A program made the translations under genes and the position numbers. A stretch of DNA of 1,197 bases from a phage. The notes beneath the pieces are model-generated. The model made no database searches, had not been told where the DNA came from, and saw nothing but the letters and a program-made list of their open reading frames with translations. The DNA is taken from sequence record OR846208.1. One strand, given 5' to 3'. Position 1 is the first letter of the stretch; each line of letters begins with the position of its first letter. Below are positions 1-1,197 of the stretch, one piece after another.

Positions 1-637
1 AGGTAACCCTGCAATTTGTAATCTGTGCTGGTTTTAGCGTGGCAACTTCCGTCCATCTTCCTCCAGTGCTCAGACATAAAAGCGCGACAAGTAAGTCATC
101 ACCAGCCAAAACATTTAACAGTTTTTCGATTTCTGCTTTTTCCAGGAACGTCATTTCAGGGTTGGCCTCCGCCAGTGGCGGCAGTCCGTGAATTGGGTGT
201 TGCCCGGAAAATTCATCCAATTGAATTAATTTTGTGAACATGCCGGATAATCGGTACATGTCACGGTTTATCGTTGCGGCACTGATACCATCACGTAGTC
301 GCATGGAACGATAATCCATCAAAGCCCTTTTGCTCATCCTGCTCACTGGTATATCACCTATGCCGCTGATGGTTTTGAGTAGATGATTAAACTCTTTTGT
401 TCCATGCTCGTGGTTTTGCCCGTGATATTTCCACCAGATGTCCAGCAACTCACTCAAAGTCCGGCGGTCTGCTCGCTGGCCTCCCCATTCTTTCTGACTG
501 GCATTGGCGATTGTGTATCGCTCAAATGCTAGTGCTTCAGCTTTTCTTTCGAATTTCCTGCGGATGCGTTTTCCGTCGCGACCGCGAGGTCTAATGTCCA
601 CTTCATAGCGACCATCATCGAGCTTCTTAATTGCCAT
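1..637 (-). CDS. int: Phage tyrosine integrase, P2 Int-like; N-terminal ~212 codons only, 3' end lies beyond the left edge of the window
   Basis: Reverse-complement translation from ATG (complement of 635-637) runs open to position 1 with no stop: MAIKKLDDGRYEVDIRPRGRDGKRIRRKFERKAEALAFERYTIANASQKEWGGQRADRRTLSELLDIWWKYHGQNHEHGTKEFNHLLKTISGIGDIPVSRMSKRALMDYRSMRLRDGISAATINRDMYRLSGMFTKLIQLDEFSGQHPIHGLPPLAEANPEMTFLEKAEIEKLLNVLAGDDLLVALLCLSTGGRWTEVATLKPAQITNCRVT. The N-terminus closely resembles phage P2 integrase as I recall it (MAIKKLDDGRYEVDIRP.GR.GKRIRRKF). The LSTGGRW segment matches the region holding the first catalytic Arg of tyrosine recombinases. Shine-Dalgarno GGAGGG (complement of 645-650) sits 7 nt upstream of the ATG. 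The gene is missing from the ORF track probably because it has no stop inside the window. Confidence 0.9.
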   Translation of the reverse strand, partial: MAIKKLDDGRYEVDIRPRGRDGKRIRRKFERKAEALAFERYTIANASQKEWGGQRADRRTLSELLDIWWKYHGQNHEHGTKEFNHLLKTISGIGDIPVSRMSKRALMDYRSMRLRDGISAATINRDMYRLSGMFTKLIQLDEFSGQHPIHGLPPLAEANPEMTFLEKAEIEKLLNVLAGDDLLVALLCLSTGGRWTEVATLKPAQITNCRVT

Positions 638-660
638 AAGAAAGCCCTCCGGCGCTGTAA

Positions 661-685
661 TCACCATCTTGGTAGCAAATGGTGA
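661..685 (-). other. Hairpin-forming inverted repeat in the C-int intergenic region (TCACCAT, 11-nt loop, ATGGTGA)
   Basis: Perfect 7-bp inverted repeat (661-667 and 679-685) located between the C stop (707-709) and the int ribosome-binding site (645-650). There is no T-run on the transcribed (minus) strand after it, so it is not a canonical intrinsic terminator. Confidence 0.3.
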
Positions 686-706
686 AAATGTAATCTTTAT
701 ATAGAG

Positions 707-1000
707 TTAGCCAATCCTTTTCGCGGAGTGGTTGGACTCTGTTGACTCTGGCCCAATGTGCGCGAGAGCCGGTGCGATTTGTCCTGCGTCCGGCGCGGTT
801 TTATCTGTCATAAGCCATAGAGCATATTTTTGGAATGTGGGATGCATAGTGATTTTTAGCAAAGCTGTGCCACCGGGTTCAAAGTTTCCTCCTTCATATT
901 TTTTAAGTGTGCTTAGCGGTAACTCTATGATTTCACAGAATTTTGATTGGCTTAGCCCTTCAGCCTCACGCAAGGCCTTAATCTTTTCGCTTAATTTCAT
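707..1000 (-). CDS. C: Phage immunity repressor, P2 C-type small helix-turn-helix protein (97 aa)
   Basis: Complete minus-strand ORF in the track: MKLSEKIKALREAEGLSQSKFCEIIELPLSTLKKYEGGNFEPGGTALLKITMHPTFQKYALWLMTDKTAPDAGQIAPALAHIGPESTESNHSAKRIG. It has an N-terminal HTH-like segment (LSQSKFCEIIELPLSTLKKYE). The C-terminal motif FQKY.LW.MT...AP..GQIAPALAH resembles phage P2 C repressor (99 aa) as I recall it. Size, orientation and position immediately upstream of int, co-directional with it, match the P2 C-int arrangement. The Shine-Dalgarno is weak (only AGG about 12 nt upstream). Confidence 0.85.
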   Translation of the reverse strand: MKLSEKIKALREAEGLSQSKFCEIIELPLSTLKKYEGGNFEPGGTALLKITMHPTFQKYALWLMTDKTAPDAGQIAPALAHIGPESTESNHSAKRIG

Positions 1001-1030
1001 TTGACATAGTGCCTATATAGGGACTAAATT
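1001..1030 (+). promoter_or_regulatory. Candidate early promoter (Pe-like), rightward: -35 TTGACA (1001-1006), 18-nt spacer, -10 TAAATT (1025-1030)
   Basis: A perfect consensus -35 hexamer lies directly next to the C start codon. A TAnnnT-type -10 follows at 18-nt spacing. Predicted transcription start is around 1037-1038, giving a ~100-nt leader before the rightward ATG. The arrangement matches the P2 early promoter lying next to the start of C. Confidence 0.5.
1012..1021. promoter_or_regulatory. Candidate repressor operator copy 1: 10-bp palindrome CCTATATAGG inside the -35/-10 spacer
   Basis: Exact 10-bp palindrome, repeated identically at 1046-1055. It lies between the candidate -35 and -10, so a bound protein would occlude RNA polymerase. 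Confidence 0.5.
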
Positions 1031-1040
1031 CCCTCAAAAC

Positions 1041-1060
1041 TGGAACCTATATAGGTTCCA
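1041..1060. promoter_or_regulatory. Candidate repressor operator copy 2: perfect 20-bp palindrome TGGAACCTATATAGGTTCCA containing CCTATATAGG
   Basis: Perfect 20-bp palindrome. The core CCTATATAGG (1046-1055) is identical to 1012-1021, centre to centre 34 bp. It sits just downstream of the predicted Pe start site, so the two copies flank the -10. Flanking arms CTCAAAAC (1033-1040) and GATTTGAG (1063-1070) extend the symmetry imperfectly. Confidence 0.5.
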
Positions 1061-1130
1061 TTGATTTGAGAATAAACCAGCGTCTAAACGGTTTTGAGTG
1101 GTTTAGAAAGGGCTGGATCCTATGAGGGTA

Positions 1131-1140
1131 CCATATATGG
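1131..1140. promoter_or_regulatory. Third related 10-bp palindrome CCATATATGG overlapping the start codon of the rightward gene
   Basis: Exact palindrome that differs from CCTATATAGG only by a symmetric A/T swap at positions 3 and 8. It covers ATG 1137-1139 and lies just 3' of the Shine-Dalgarno. Confidence 0.3.
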
Positions 1141-1197
1141 ACGCTGAAAATTATGTGATTCAGTATCCGCTTGATGCGGTTCATGTGGATAAATTTG
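1137..1197 (+). CDS. cox: 5' end of the rightward early gene, putative Cox-like excisionase/switch regulator; partial, continues past the right edge
   Basis: ATG at 1137 is preceded by Shine-Dalgarno GAGGG (1124-1128) with an 8-nt spacer. The reading frame is open to the window end: MDAENYVIQYPLDAVHVDKF. The position, divergent from the C repressor and downstream of the operator/promoter, is that of cox in P2-like phages. Only ~20 codons are visible, so the family assignment rests mostly on synteny. Confidence 0.45.
   Translation, partial: MDAENYVIQYPLDAVHVDKF

Noticed and set aside
25-237. 70-aa plus-strand ORF from the six-frame track
   Set aside because: It lies entirely antisense within the integrase coding region, has no ribosome-binding site and no recognisable protein features. 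It is most likely a chance antisense ORF.
397-594. 65-aa plus-strand ORF from the six-frame track
   Set aside because: It is also antisense to the integrase gene, with no plausible translation signals. The integrase frame on the opposite strand is far better supported.
661-685. C-int hairpin as a rho-independent terminator
   Set aside because: There is no run of T residues on the transcribed strand following the stem, and int lies immediately downstream needing expression. A terminator call is not supported.
732-1004. 90-aa plus-strand ORF overlapping the repressor gene
   Set aside because: It is antisense to the well-supported C-type repressor ORF. The hydrophobic, low-complexity translation with no Shine-Dalgarno suggests an artefact.
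1014-1053. TATATA cores of the palindromes as the -10 hexamers of promoters
   Set aside because: No acceptable -35 hexamer lies at 16-19 bp from either TATATA on either strand. TTGACA (1001-1006) is only 7 bp from the first one. The palindromes are better explained as operators.
1122-1197. Alternative upstream start ATG (1122) for the rightward gene
   Set aside because: It is in frame, but no good Shine-Dalgarno precedes it, whereas ATG 1137 has GAGGG at an 8-nt spacing. 1137 is preferred, though 1122 cannot be excluded.
1-1197. Novel defence system, CRISPR array, toxin-antitoxin pair or mobile-element terminal repeats
   Set aside because: All coding capacity is accounted for by int, the C-type repressor and the start of the rightward early gene. 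There are no spacer-repeat arrays, terminal inverted repeats or extra ORFs. The window looks like an ordinary P2-like immunity region.

Overview
This window reads as the lysogeny/immunity switch of a P2-like (Peduovirus-type) temperate prophage. On the minus strand there is the N-terminal ~212 codons of a tyrosine integrase (1-637, running off the left edge) and, upstream of it, a complete 97-aa P2 C-type immunity repressor (707-1000). To the right lies a ~135-bp control region with a consensus TTGACA -35, two copies of the palindrome CCTATATAGG flanking the candidate -10, and the first ~20 codons of a rightward early gene (cox-like, from 1137). Protein identifications rest on my own translation and on similarity recalled from memory to phage P2 Int, C and Cox; no database search was run. 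I do not see a novel defence or other undescribed system here. The most interesting signals are the palindromic operator architecture and a related palindrome lying over the start codon of the rightward gene. The three other ORFs in the supplied track are antisense artefacts within int and C.
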